Source: an uncultured Gammaproteobacteria bacterium (lineage in GTDB: Bacteria; Pseudomonadota; Gammaproteobacteria; Steroidobacterales; Steroidobacteraceae). From it: DNA of 64,000 nt. The DNA lies in NCBI GenBank assembly GCA_963837755.1, contig CAWIOP010000003.1:659705-723704 (forward strand), in the 5' to 3' direction. The notes beneath the pieces are model-generated. The model had not been told where the DNA came from, made no database searches, and was given only the letters and a program-made list of their open reading frames with translations. Below, in pieces: positions 18,394 to 27,255 of this stretch. Made by a program: the position numbers and the translations under genes. The stretch's first letter is position 1. Every line of letters begins with the position of its first letter.

Positions 18394-19626
18394 AAGCCAG
18401 GCGGCACGCGGAGCCGTCGAGTCGGTGGCCCGTCGGTGTTACGGGCGTCTCGTCGCGTTCCTCTCCGCGCGCACACGAGACGTGGCGGGCGCGGAAGATG
18501 CGCTGAGCGAGGCGCTGCTCAGCGCGCTGACGGCGTGGCCGCGCGACGGCATTCCACAAAGCCCGGAAGCGTGGCTGCTAACGGCCGCGCGTCGGCGCCT
18601 CACAGATCGTGTTCGGCACGAGAAAGTGCGTGCCGGCAGCGCGCTGACGCTCGAGATCATTGCGGGCGAGTCTCTCGACTTCGCCGTGCCGGGGCCCATT
18701 CCGGATGAGCGCCTCAAGCTGCTGTTCGTCTGCGCGCATCCGGCGATTGATCCGGACATGCGCACCCCGCTCATGCTCCAGACGGTGCTGGGCCTCGACG
18801 GTGAGGAGATCGCGCGCGCGTTCCTCGTGACGCCGGCCGCCATGGTCCAGCGGCTCGTGCGAGCGAAGAACAAGATTCGCCACGCCGGCATCGCCTTTGA
18901 AGTTCCCGAAACCCAGGAGCTTCCGGAAAGGCTCGAGGCCGTGCTGAACGCCATCTACGCCGCTTACGGCAACGGCTGGGAAGACGCCGCGGGCGTCGAC
19001 GCTCGCGCGCGCGGCCTTGCGGAAGAAGCCATATGGCTCGCGCGTGTGCTGCTCGAAGTGATGCCGGACGAGCCGGAGGTTCTGGGTCTGCTCGCGCTCA
19101 TGCTCCATTGTGAAGCGCGGCGGCCGGCGCGGCGCTCGGCGGACGGCCGCTTCACGCCGCTGTCTGAACAGGATCCGCGATCATGGAGCGCGCCGGTGAT
19201 GGCTGAAGCGGAGCGATTGCTTGGCCGCGCGGCCCAAATGTCCCGGCCAGGGCGTTTCCAGCTCGAGGCCGCCATCCAATCGGTGCACGCCGAGCGCGCG
19301 CGCAGCGGCCGCACAGACTGGCATGCGATAGCGGTGTTCTATGAGCGCCTCGTGAGCTTTCACCGACGCTCGGCGCACTGGTTGCGCGCGCGGCGGCAGT
19401 GGCCGAAGTGAAGGGCGCGGATCGAGGGCTGCATCTTCTGAATGAGATCGATCCGTCGGCCGTCGCGTCCTACCAGCCTTACTGGGCCGTGCGCGCCCAC
19501 CTTCTGAACGGCTTGAACTGCTACCCCGAAGCGGTGGATGCGTTCGACTGTGCACTGCGCCTTGCCGATGACGCGGCGGTCCGCCGCCAGTTGCTGGAGC
19601 GCCTCACCGAAATCAGCCGTTTCTGA
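18380..19626 (+). pseudogene. ECF-type sigma-70 factor with long C-terminal domain (SigJ/DUF6596-like); single frameshift as sequenced
   Basis: ATG 18380 overlaps the YCII stop. Sigma regions 2/4 are present. The C-terminus continues in ORF 19399..19626. Reading GAGCTTTCACC (19351-19361) with T4 instead of T3 gives ...YERLVSFSPTLGALVARAAAVAEVKGA... Confidence 0.75.
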
Positions 19627-19669
19627 CGGCCGATACCGGGAAGGCCTGTCTGGAAGCGAGCGGGGACTT

Positions 19670-20380
19670 TCAGTCAGCCAGAAGCGTGCGGGTTTTCTTC
19701 AGTCGCCAGGCGGTGAACCACAGCGCCGTGGTGATGATGATGGTCCAGGTGACGATCGCGATTTCGTGCCGGCGGGCCTGCCATTCACCATCGTTCCAGA
19801 AGTTGAAGAGGGTTACGGCGGCAATCACGCTGATCCAGCCGAATGGCGTGCCGTATTCCTTTACGACGAGCCGGCGCCATCGAAACCGCATCGAAGACAA
19901 CGTGTGAAACAGCCCGCGCAGCCTCGGCAGCCAGCGGGGCACGTCGTGGCAGTAGGCCAGGAACGCGGCGCCAAAACGCGACTGCAGATACTGCTCTTCC
20001 GCGGCAACGATGCATACGTACATGAACAGCGCCAGCGGCACGCCCACGAGCACGGTCGACCAGGAGTTCGATGCGATCGCCACGCCCGCCACGATCAGCA
20101 GATTGCCGACGTACATCGGGTTTCGGATGTGGACATATGCTCCATCCGTCACCAGGTCCTCGGCGTATACCCGGCGGCCTTTGCCACCGCGAATGACATA
20201 GCGAAGCCCGATGGTCAGGGCCCGGACGACCTGGCCCAGCGCCGCGATGATCGCCCCGAGGAGTGATGCAACAACGGTGTCTTCGAACGGTTCCGGCCCG
20301 GGCAGCAAAAGCGGCAGGCACGCCAACGGAAACATGGCGTTTCTGTATCGAAACAGAAAGTGACCGATTGCGGTAATCAC
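19670..20380 (-). CDS. Isoprenylcysteine carboxyl methyltransferase (ICMT/PEMT-like) family membrane protein
   Basis: Multi-TM protein. The motif GAYVHIRNPMYVGNLL...AAEEQYLQSRFG is typical of the ICMT family. GTG start. Confidence 0.8.
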   Translation of the reverse strand: MITAIGHFLFRYRNAMFPLACLPLLLPGPEPFEDTVVASLLGAIIAALGQVVRALTIGLRYVIRGGKGRRVYAEDLVTDGAYVHIRNPMYVGNLLIVAGVAIASNSWSTVLVGVPLALFMYVCIVAAEEQYLQSRFGAAFLAYCHDVPRWLPRLRGLFHTLSSMRFRWRRLVVKEYGTPFGWISVIAAVTLFNFWNDGEWQARRHEIAIVTWTIIITTALWFTAWRLKKTRTLLAD

Positions 20381-20520
20381 GCGCGTTGGACGATGGCTGT
20401 CATCGGAATCATTCGGTGCTCGCGTTTATTCTTCAATCCTGCTGCACAGCATAGCAGTCGTCGGGCGCTGGCAGCAGACGCATGCCGCCGCAGACGTGAG
20501 CGGGGCGCGGGGATCCGAAG

Positions 20521-20838
20521 GTGCCGGGCGTTGCCTGCCACATCAGCCGCGCCGTAACCGGGGGCATCAAGGGGGAGCCGGGTTTTGCCGAAGATACCAG
20601 CGATGCCAGCATTGCCTGCCGCCAGGTGGGGCCGATACGCATTTCGGCAGACCTGAAGGATGGCGAGAGTGTCTTCGATGAGCGGCGCAGCCTCGTGTTC
20701 AAGCAATTGCACGTCGTGCGCTTCTACGACCGGGAGCGAAATGTCCTGGTCTACGTTTCTTATAGTGACCGGGTGATCGAAGGCAGCCCCAAGAATTCGA
20801 TCAGCACGGTGCCGGTAATGGGTTGGGTTGCGCCTTAG
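20521..20838 (+). CDS. Hypothetical protein (no recognisable family)
   Basis: 105-aa ORF with high third-position GC by hand count (~78%). There is no motif I recognise, and the antisense ORF 20377..20853 competes with it. Confidence 0.3.
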   Translation: MPGVACHISRAVTGGIKGEPGFAEDTSDASIACRQVGPIRISADLKDGESVFDERRSLVFKQLHVVRFYDRERNVLVYVSYSDRVIEGSPKNSISTVPVMGWVAP

Positions 20839-20871
20839 GACATTGAGGCACACGGCAGCCTCAGCCGACTG

Positions 20872-21243
20872 TCACCCGCGCGCAAGGTACAAGTGCACGC
20901 CCAACGAAACGGCCACGGCGATCGCCGCCAGGGATGAAACGAGAACCGCCGCCGCCGCGCAGTCCTTGACGATGCGTATGCTGGCGTGGGTTTCGGGATG
21001 CAGGTGATCGGCCAGCTGTTCGATCGCGGTATTGAACAGCTCAGCCCCAATGACGGCTCCGCAGGCCAGCAGCACCAGTGCCCACCAGAGCGGCTCTGGA
21101 TGAAGCACCGCCAGCGCGAGCAGCGCGGCGCCGCCGGCGGCAACCTGAAACCTGAGACTGCTCTCGGACGCTATGGCGTGCGCCAGCCCATTGAGCGCAA
21201 ATTTAATTCGCGCGGAGAACGGTTGATTCTTGGAAGTTGTCAT
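20872..21243 (-). CDS. dgkA: Diacylglycerol kinase
   Basis: 123 aa with 3 TM segments. ...FRFQVAAG..., AELFNTAIEQLADHLHPE and KDCAAAAVL match the DgkA pattern. Confidence 0.9.
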   Translation of the reverse strand: MTTSKNQPFSARIKFALNGLAHAIASESSLRFQVAAGGAALLALAVLHPEPLWWALVLLACGAVIGAELFNTAIEQLADHLHPETHASIRIVKDCAAAAVLVSSLAAIAVAVSLGVHLYLARG

Positions 21244-21285
21244 GTCTCACCGGCTATGAACTACGGGTCTGCTCGTTCCAATTCC

Positions 21286-22125
21286 ATGCGACGCCGAAAT
21301 CACGTTACCACCGGCGCTGCGAGGCGAGAACCGGGATTGCCGACAAAGCGGTGGGTCACACGAGTGGCGGGAATGGCCGTCGCCTGGGCGGCGCTGGCCG
21401 CGCCGTGCGCGGCGGATACGTCCTCGGTGCGTGGCGTGCTCGAGGACACGGGCCTCTACTTCACCGCGCCGCTGCGCTGGGACGCGCAGAACTGGCTGCA
21501 ATTCGGCGCGTCCGTGGCTGCAATCGGCATTGCGCACGAGTCTGACGACGAGGTTCGGGCTCACTTCGAGCCCAGCCGCACCGCGGGGCTTACCCGGCAG
21601 GATCCCCATGGCACGCGTGACTTCATCCCGACCGCCGCCATTGTGTTCGGCACCTGGGCGCTCGCCACGGCGATGGACGACCCGGCAGGCTACGAAGAAG
21701 GCCGGGTGATGCTCGAAGCGGGCGCGCTCACTGCCGTCAGCGCGGTGCTGATCAAGAGTGCAGCGGGGCGCCTGCGCCCCAACGAAACCGGCTCGGTGGA
21801 CGAGTGGAGCCAGGGCGGCGATTCCTTCCCATCGTTCCATGCGAGTGCGGCATTCGCGGTGGGCACGGTGTTCGCGGAGTCTGGCGGCGAAGACTACCGT
21901 TGGCTGCGGCGTGCGCTCGGCTACGGGCTTGCAACGGCCACAGCCTATTCGCGTGTTCACGACAACGTGCACTGGCTATCTGACACGGTGGCCGGAGCGG
22001 CGCTCGGGATCGCGACCGCGCAGTTCGCCATGGGTCGGCGGGGCGTCGGCGCGCGGCGGTCGAGCGTCGCGGTGACTGCGATGCCGGGCGGGGCCCTGCT
22101 CACTTACTCGTATCGATTCGAGTGA
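21286..22125 (+). CDS. PAP2-family (type 2 phosphatidic acid) phosphatase
   Basis: The three PAP2 motifs are present: KSAAGRLRP, SFPSFHAS, SRVHDNVHWLSDT. The start is uncertain (ATG 21256 or 21286). Confidence 0.8.
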   Translation: MRRRNHVTTGAARREPGLPTKRWVTRVAGMAVAWAALAAPCAADTSSVRGVLEDTGLYFTAPLRWDAQNWLQFGASVAAIGIAHESDDEVRAHFEPSRTAGLTRQDPHGTRDFIPTAAIVFGTWALATAMDDPAGYEEGRVMLEAGALTAVSAVLIKSAAGRLRPNETGSVDEWSQGGDSFPSFHASAAFAVGTVFAESGGEDYRWLRRALGYGLATATAYSRVHDNVHWLSDTVAGAALGIATAQFAMGRRGVGARRSSVAVTAMPGGALLTYSYRFE

Positions 22126-22276
22126 TCTGAATATCTCGCTGCTGCGCTGACTCGCAGGCGATGCCCACCGCCCAGGGCAAAGAATTCGCCGGAACGCTCC
22201 AGGGCACCTGCGCGAGATGGGTTTCCTACTGAAAGGAAGCCTATCCAATGCGCTTGATTTCGTTGGAGGTCTCAGC

Positions 22277-22320
22277 GCACAAACGTACGATAGCGGAGCC
22301 GCCAGATACATCCGTCTTCT
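22277..22320 (+). repeat. 44-nt element, copy A, upstream of a DUF2384 antitoxin gene
   Basis: GCACAAACGTACGATAGCGGAGCCGCCAGATACATCCGTCTTCT matches 26424-26467 at 41/44 positions. It ends 67 nt before ATG 22388. Confidence 0.9.
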
Positions 22321-22387
22321 TGTTGACGATGGTCATCAGCGGCTCGGCACGCGGCGTAGAATGTGCGTCTCATGTCGGGGGCCGCAC

Positions 22388-22951
22388 ATGAGCAAGAAAC
22401 GACGTACATCCAGAGCTCGCAAGCCCGTCAGTGGGCGCGACATGCAAACGCCCTCGCACAAAGTAATGGCCTCGATCAAGGCGGCTGACAAGTCCTACGC
22501 CGATGGGAGAGTGGGTCTTCGCGGCGCGCGCGCTTGCCTGGTAACGGCTGAGCACTCATTGTCCACGGATTCCACATTCATCGGCTCAATCAGCGCCGAT
22601 CGAATCCGCGAAGGGTTACCGCTAAACGTGCTCGACGAACTGGCCACCGTGTTGAAGGTAGACCCGTTGGATTTAGCAGATGTCCTGGGTATGTCCGTTC
22701 GTACGCTCCAGCGTCGAGCGGAGGGCGGCGAGCGTTTGGGCCCAGCAGCATCGGACCGTCTTGCGCGCATCCGTCGCATTCTCGAACTGGCCGCTCATGT
22801 GTTTGGCGAGATGGAGAAGGCCGCGCATTGGCTCACGTCCCCAAGCCGGGCTCTCGCTAACGAGATTCCGCTGCATATGCTCGATACCGATGTTGGGGCC
22901 CAGCGTGTTCAACTCGAACTGCGCCAGATCGAGTTCGGTATACCGCTCTGA
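22388..22951 (+). CDS. Xre/ParS/MbcA-type antitoxin (DUF2384) with N-terminal extension
   Basis: The C-terminal part (SDRLARIRRILELAAHVFGEMEKAAHWLTSPSRALANEIPLHMLDTDVGAQRVQLELRQIEFG) is the DUF2384 signature. The stop overlaps the ATG of a RES-toxin remnant. Confidence 0.8.
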   Translation: MSKKRRTSRARKPVSGRDMQTPSHKVMASIKAADKSYADGRVGLRGARACLVTAEHSLSTDSTFIGSISADRIREGLPLNVLDELATVLKVDPLDLADVLGMSVRTLQRRAEGGERLGPAASDRLARIRRILELAAHVFGEMEKAAHWLTSPSRALANEIPLHMLDTDVGAQRVQLELRQIEFGIPL

Positions 22952-23082
22952 TGGATCTCTGGAGACTCCATCGCGCGGCGCATGGGCCGGGGCTGGACGG
23001 CATCGGCGGGCTGCATGCGCCCGGCCGCTGGCACGCGCTGGGGAAGACTGCAGCCGGTCTATTCGAGGCCTTTCTCGTTTGA
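22951..23082 (+). pseudogene. RES-domain toxin (ParT/MbcT type), N-terminal ~35-aa remnant only
   Basis: MDLWRLHRAAHGPGLDGIGGLHAPGRWHALGK matches the RES N-terminus (..WR......G.G....GRW...G). It then diverges and stops. There is no room for a full RES domain before the convergent gene at 23252. Confidence 0.55.
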
Positions 23083-23251
23083 TGGGCGACTGCTGTGACC
23101 CGCGCGCGAAGGGCGGCGCTCGCGCACGAGGCCACCTGCGGCCGGAGCTTGCCGGCTGAACGCGGTCTTCGCACGTGGCGGCAGGCCGCTCTGGGCCGAC
23201 ATCAAGGGACGCTGGCGTTACACCGGCAGACGCCGCTGTAAGGGCGGGGCC

Positions 23252-23659
23252 TCAGTCTTCGGACGGATTCTTCGCGGCCACCAGCGGAATGGGCGGGCCA
23301 ACCTGGATGGCAAACGCCGGGAGTTGCACGGTGCGCTTGCCATCGCTCACGGTGATGATGATGTTCGGATACGTGCCGGTGTGCGAGATTTGCGGTGAGC
23401 CGTACAAGGTGCCACGCCGCGGGCCGAACGATGCCCACGCAGGCTTGTTCACGATGGTGAATTCGAGTTTGCGATCGCCGCGCTGGTGCACGGTGGGCGT
23501 GAACGCATAGAACACGCTGGGTGCCACCCTGGCAGCGGCTTTGCCCGAAATCGTGAGCACCGGCGTCGCCTCCGGCGGATGAATCGAACGGTGTTCGGCA
23601 CTGGCAATGCCCAGCAGTGCGATGAACACCGGCTGCGAAACATCTTGCGGGAGCGGCAT
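23252..23659 (-). CDS. Secreted protein with putative Ig-like (He_PIG-type) domain
   Basis: N-terminal hydrophobic signal. LTISGKAA..VFYAFTPTV...LEFTIVNKPAWASFGPRRGTLYGSPQISHTGTYPNIIITVSDG resembles the bacterial putative Ig domain. Confidence 0.6.
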   Translation of the reverse strand: MPLPQDVSQPVFIALLGIASAEHRSIHPPEATPVLTISGKAAARVAPSVFYAFTPTVHQRGDRKLEFTIVNKPAWASFGPRRGTLYGSPQISHTGTYPNIIITVSDGKRTVQLPAFAIQVGPPIPLVAAKNPSED

Positions 23660-23831
23660 GCAGTTCTCCGACGAGCCTTCCGATGACTACACATGCGCGC
23701 TCGCGCCGGGTTTGTCGAGTCTGTTCTCACTCGCGTCCACAGAAATGTGACCGCGTCGGGCTTCGCTCAACAGTGCGCTCGACGGCAATCTTCCGCAGGA
23801 TGCTTCGTATGATTCGCGCGTCACTCGACGG

Positions 23832-25082
23832 CTACGGCTTTTTCCGTGCTCTTTTCGAGGTGCCTCTTCTGCAACACGGGCGCGAAAGCCCGGCGGCCTG
23901 GAGTTTTCGAGTGACATCGAGCCGCAGGCTGCGGCCATCGGGCGGGATCAAGGAAAGCAGGCGCGCTCCGCTGCCCGTCTGTCTGGCTCCAAACAGATTA
24001 TGCATTCCGAAGGAGACGCGCGTGTTGCTGGAGAGCGCGCCGCTGGCGAGGGTGAGATTGCCAATGTAGAAATCGCGACCTTGGTCGCCCGTGAGTTGCC
24101 CGACTACGTCGAGGTGCTGCAGCTCGAATGACGTCGACAGCCGGTTCGGCACGATGGGGAAATCCAGGCGCACTTTCGTGAGACGCTGACCGAGGCTGCC
24201 GTTGCCGGCGCCCGCGAAACAGTCCGTAGTCTCCTGCCACGCATAGCTGACGCGGGCCAGGAGCCGCACGCGGTTCTGTTGCCTGAGGGATTTCTCATAT
24301 GCGAGCTCATAGTTTCGAGTCCGATCGGATTCGTCGTCAGCGCTCACCTGATCGAACATCGCGCTGAGTGTGGAAGTCTGCCCGGGCTTGTAGACGAGCT
24401 CCACGCGCGGCTCAACAGAGCTGCCGGAAACACTTGTGTCCTGGTCGTATCGCATGCGGACTTTGAGCGCCACATCCTGTGACAGTGCGACCTTGTTTGT
24501 GGTGACGATGCCGACCTTTCGCTCCGCTTGCGCATCGTCCAGCGTGCCCGGCCTGCCCATGAGCTCGTTCAGGTGCACAAGCTCGAACCCAAGCCGCTCC
24601 CGGTATTCCATGCCCGCCAGGAAAGTGTGGCCCGCGGAGAGCTGGCTCTCGAGCTTCCAGTCTGCGCCAACCCACTGGCCGGGCAGTTCGCCACTCGCAC
24701 GCACGTCCTCAGGCAGCGACGCGCCGTTGGGATTCATGCCGTCGTACGTTCCGGTTCCGTAGAACGCACGGCTCGTCACCTTCGCAAGGTCGCCCAGCTG
24801 TGTCTTGTATCCAAGCCCGAAGTAGACGCGATAGTCCGCAGCGTCCTGCGCGTTGCGCGAGGCTACGAATCCGGTGATCTTCAGGTCGTCGTGCTCGAGC
24901 TTCCTGAACAGGCTTATCCCGGAGCCGTCGCTGGCTGGCGCGGAGCTCCGCAGGTTTTGAGGCGCGAGAAACGCATCGAAGTGCGAGGGCAGAGTGCTTA
25001 CAGGGCCCTTGTACGTGGGCTGCGTTGCGCCGGCGTGCGCGGCAAGCCACAGCCCGCCGATCGCGAACGTCACAACACGCAT
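23832..25082 (-). CDS. Outer-membrane beta-barrel protein (TonB-dependent-receptor-like barrel, no plug domain)
   Basis: Signal peptide MRVVTFAIGGLWLAAHAGA. Alternating beta-strand pattern. The end ...PPDGRSLRLDVTRKL resembles TBDR terminal strands. Confidence 0.5.
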   Translation of the reverse strand: MRVVTFAIGGLWLAAHAGATQPTYKGPVSTLPSHFDAFLAPQNLRSSAPASDGSGISLFRKLEHDDLKITGFVASRNAQDAADYRVYFGLGYKTQLGDLAKVTSRAFYGTGTYDGMNPNGASLPEDVRASGELPGQWVGADWKLESQLSAGHTFLAGMEYRERLGFELVHLNELMGRPGTLDDAQAERKVGIVTTNKVALSQDVALKVRMRYDQDTSVSGSSVEPRVELVYKPGQTSTLSAMFDQVSADDESDRTRNYELAYEKSLRQQNRVRLLARVSYAWQETTDCFAGAGNGSLGQRLTKVRLDFPIVPNRLSTSFELQHLDVVGQLTGDQGRDFYIGNLTLASGALSSNTRVSFGMHNLFGARQTGSGARLLSLIPPDGRSLRLDVTRKLQAAGLSRPCCRRGTSKRARKKP

Positions 25083-25357
25083 GTTGAACCGGCGCACGCG
25101 CAAGTTTTCTGCGCGCGGCGTTGTGCGACTCTTTGTTCCCACCCCGGGAAGAATCCTTCTCGTCCGTCATATCGACCAGCGGCGCACTTCGACGCGCGTA
25201 TGGCACAGCTCAAGCGGCGGTTTTCGCTGCTCACGCTTCGCCGCGCCGGAGACTATGGGCAATGGGATGGGATGTATAGAGAGCTGCCTCACAAGAGGCG
25301 GAGCGCTCAAGAAGTTACGCGAAGATGTAGCCGCGCGCAGACACTTGTTGATCGCAC

Positions 25358-26326
25358 TCAAAGGCCGGACTCCTCCATCAGGGAGCCATTCCCGAACTCG
25401 CAGGGCTCAGCGTGAGTGCAGGTGCTGCGCGGCGGCGCCGGCGTGCGGGAATAGAGCTCGAGCGAGCGCACGTAGCTCTCCATGACGCGGCCCATCACCT
25501 TTGTCTGTGAGGAGTGCGCCTGAACTGCGCGCAGCTTGGCGTCGACCGCGGCACCGTCGAGCTGGAATTGTTCCCACCGCATTCCCAGACCGCGCGGCGC
25601 GACGGTTTGCGCGAGGTCCGGGTGATAGCCGTGTGGCGATGGCCAGCCACGCCCGCCGTGCACGATCCAGAAACGTGCCCTCTCCGGTTGTTTACGTGCT
25701 GTCATTGCCCGCCACGCGAGAATGCCCGCGCCACGATGGTCGGGGTGAGTGTCCTGCGGGCTCGGCGCCAGCACGAGGGTCGGCTTCACGCGGTCGAGCA
25801 CCATGGCGAAGTCGCGCACGAGGTTGGCGCCGTCGTAACTCGCGCCGGGGTCGACGGCGTCCAGGTAGACCACTGCGTTCGCGCCGGTGAATTTGGAGCG
25901 CCATGGTGTGTTGGGATGGTAGTAGTCGAATAGCAGGCTGAGCACGCCGCGGTCGGGATAGCCAAGAAAGAATTGAGACGCGGGGTCGACGTTCAGGATT
26001 CCGCTGGCAGTGCGCGCTTCCTGTGCACGTTGACGCGCGAGCTCGAGGTAGGCGCCGGCGCGCGGGCGCAGTTTCTTCTCGACGACTATGGCATCCCACT
26101 TGAAGCCTTCGCCGTTCGTGATCCATACGATTGCAACGCTTGCGCCGGCGCGGCGCGCGATGTCGATGAGGCCGCCGCAGCAGAGGGACTCGTCGTCTGG
26201 ATGGGGGGAGACGATGAGAATGGAATCGCTGGCAACGATGGGACGTAGAGGCGGGAATGCGTCGGCCGCCAGAGCCTGGCTGCATGCGATTGCGATGAGA
26301 GACATCCAGGTCGCTGCCGGTCGCAC
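25358..26326 (-). CDS. PIG-L/LmbE-family deacetylase with N-terminal signal peptide
   Basis: ILIVSPHPDDESLCCGGL and HPDHRGAG are the PIG-L zinc-site motifs. The N-terminus MSLIAIACSQALAADA looks like a Sec signal. Confidence 0.85.
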   Translation of the reverse strand: MRPAATWMSLIAIACSQALAADAFPPLRPIVASDSILIVSPHPDDESLCCGGLIDIARRAGASVAIVWITNGEGFKWDAIVVEKKLRPRAGAYLELARQRAQEARTASGILNVDPASQFFLGYPDRGVLSLLFDYYHPNTPWRSKFTGANAVVYLDAVDPGASYDGANLVRDFAMVLDRVKPTLVLAPSPQDTHPDHRGAGILAWRAMTARKQPERARFWIVHGGRGWPSPHGYHPDLAQTVAPRGLGMRWEQFQLDGAAVDAKLRAVQAHSSQTKVMGRVMESYVRSLELYSRTPAPPRSTCTHAEPCEFGNGSLMEESGL

Positions 26327-26423
26327 GTTGCTTCCTCATCGATCACCGGTTAACGGTTGCAACGACATCACGGCTGTGCTGCGTGGTCAACCGCGTTCGC
26401 ACGTTTTGGCTCCGAGTTTCGGA

Positions 26424-26467
26424 GCACAAACGTACGATAGCGGAGCCGCGAGTAGCATCCGTCTTCT
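26424..26467 (+). repeat. 44-nt element, copy B, upstream of the second DUF2384 antitoxin gene
   Basis: GCACAAACGTACGATAGCGGAGCCGCGAGTAGCATCCGTCTTCT matches 22277-22320 at 41/44 positions. It ends 80 nt before ATG 26548. Confidence 0.9.
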
Positions 26468-26547
26468 GATCAAGAACACGTGGCTTGCGTGCAATGTGAA
26501 GTGCGCGCGAACAAACGGTATTGGAAGCGCGGAAACATTCGCACGAA

Positions 26548-26810
26548 ATGAGTGGCGTGAAACAGATTCAACCGAAGCAGCGTCTCGGTGAGCGTCTGAC
26601 GTCCGGCGAAAGCGAAATCGCGCTTCGTATTGGCAGGGTGCTCACAATGGCTCGCGAAGTGTCGGCACCCTGGGAGCCGCGCGTGACTACCTGCGTACGC
26701 CAAATTTCGCGCTGGGCGGCACGGTTCCGCGTGACCTACTAAAAACGGCTGAAGGAGAGCAACTCGTGCTTTCGGAGCTGCGGAGCCAGGCTGCAGGCGG
26801 CCCAGTGTGA
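26548..26810 (+). pseudogene. Second Xre/DUF2384-type antitoxin; single frameshift as sequenced; no intact RES partner
   Basis: ...SEIALRIGRVLTMAREV shifts at ~26661 to GTLGAARDYLRTPNFALGGTVPRDLLKTAEGEQLVLSELRSQ...* Restoring one T (GTGT-CGG to GTGTTCGG) gives the usual EVFG motif. Confidence 0.65.
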
Positions 26811-26906
26811 AAGTCTACCGCGCGCGCGTGGCGGGCCCGTGTGGGTGCTCCGGTGTTCGATGCGCTGGACAGCTCAGATTCCGTGACGTTCCGCTCTGTG
26901 ATAGAG

Positions 26907-26924
26907 TGTAGCCTCTAGGCTACA
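26907..26924. promoter_or_regulatory. Palindrome immediately upstream of the higB-like gene (candidate TA operator)
   Basis: TGTAGCC-tcta-GGCTACA ends 9 nt before GTG 26934. Confidence 0.45.
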
Positions 26925-26933
26925 GCTGCCGAC

Positions 26934-27254
26934 GTGGAAGTCAGCCAGTATCAAACGGCCGACGGCAAGATGCCGCTTACCGCATGGCTGGTCGGCTTAC
27001 GTGATCGCGAGGCGCACGCGCGTATTGTTGCCCGACTGGATCGGCTGAAAGCTGGGCTGTTCGGCGACTGGAAGAGCGTGGGTGGCGGCATCTGCGAACT
27101 GCGGATCGACCATGGCCCCGGCTATCGGGTGTACTACGCGCAGGACGGCAAGACGCTGATCTTGCTCCTGTCGGGTGGGAACAAGCGCACACAAGCGAAG
27201 GATATCGAGAAAGCCCATGCGTACTGGAAAGACTACAAAGCGCGCAGCCGCTAG
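26934..27254 (+). CDS. Addiction-module killer protein (RelE/ParE superfamily, HigB-like)
   Basis: 106 aa. ...RIVARLDRLKAGLFGDWKSVGGGICELRIDHGPGYRVYYAQDGKTLILLLSGGNKRTQAKDI matches the killer-protein family that pairs with HigA-type antidotes. Confidence 0.85.
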   Translation: MEVSQYQTADGKMPLTAWLVGLRDREAHARIVARLDRLKAGLFGDWKSVGGGICELRIDHGPGYRVYYAQDGKTLILLLSGGNKRTQAKDIEKAHAYWKDYKARSR

Positions 27255-27255
27255 C

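Noticed and set aside
20800-20836. CCGGTAATGGGTTGGGTTGCGCC resembles the 3' end of tRNA-Glu (CCGGTTCGAATCCGGTTGGGAGCGCCA). It could be a distal att repeat of an island.
   Set aside because: It is imperfect, needs gaps, lies inside an ORF, and is inverted relative to the tRNA gene. Island att repeats are direct. It is probably chance similarity.
22277-26467. The 44-nt direct repeats as attL/attR of an integrative element.
   Set aside because: There is no integrase or excisionase between or near them. Both copies sit at equivalent positions upstream of paralogous antitoxin genes, which is better explained by a shared regulatory or duplicated 5' region.
26807-26911. A short ORF (GTG overlapping the antitoxin-2 stop; VKVYRARVAGP...) as a remnant of a second RES toxin.
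   Set aside because: Only the first ~5 residues and the overlapping-start geometry are suggestive. No GRW-type motif is present in any frame.
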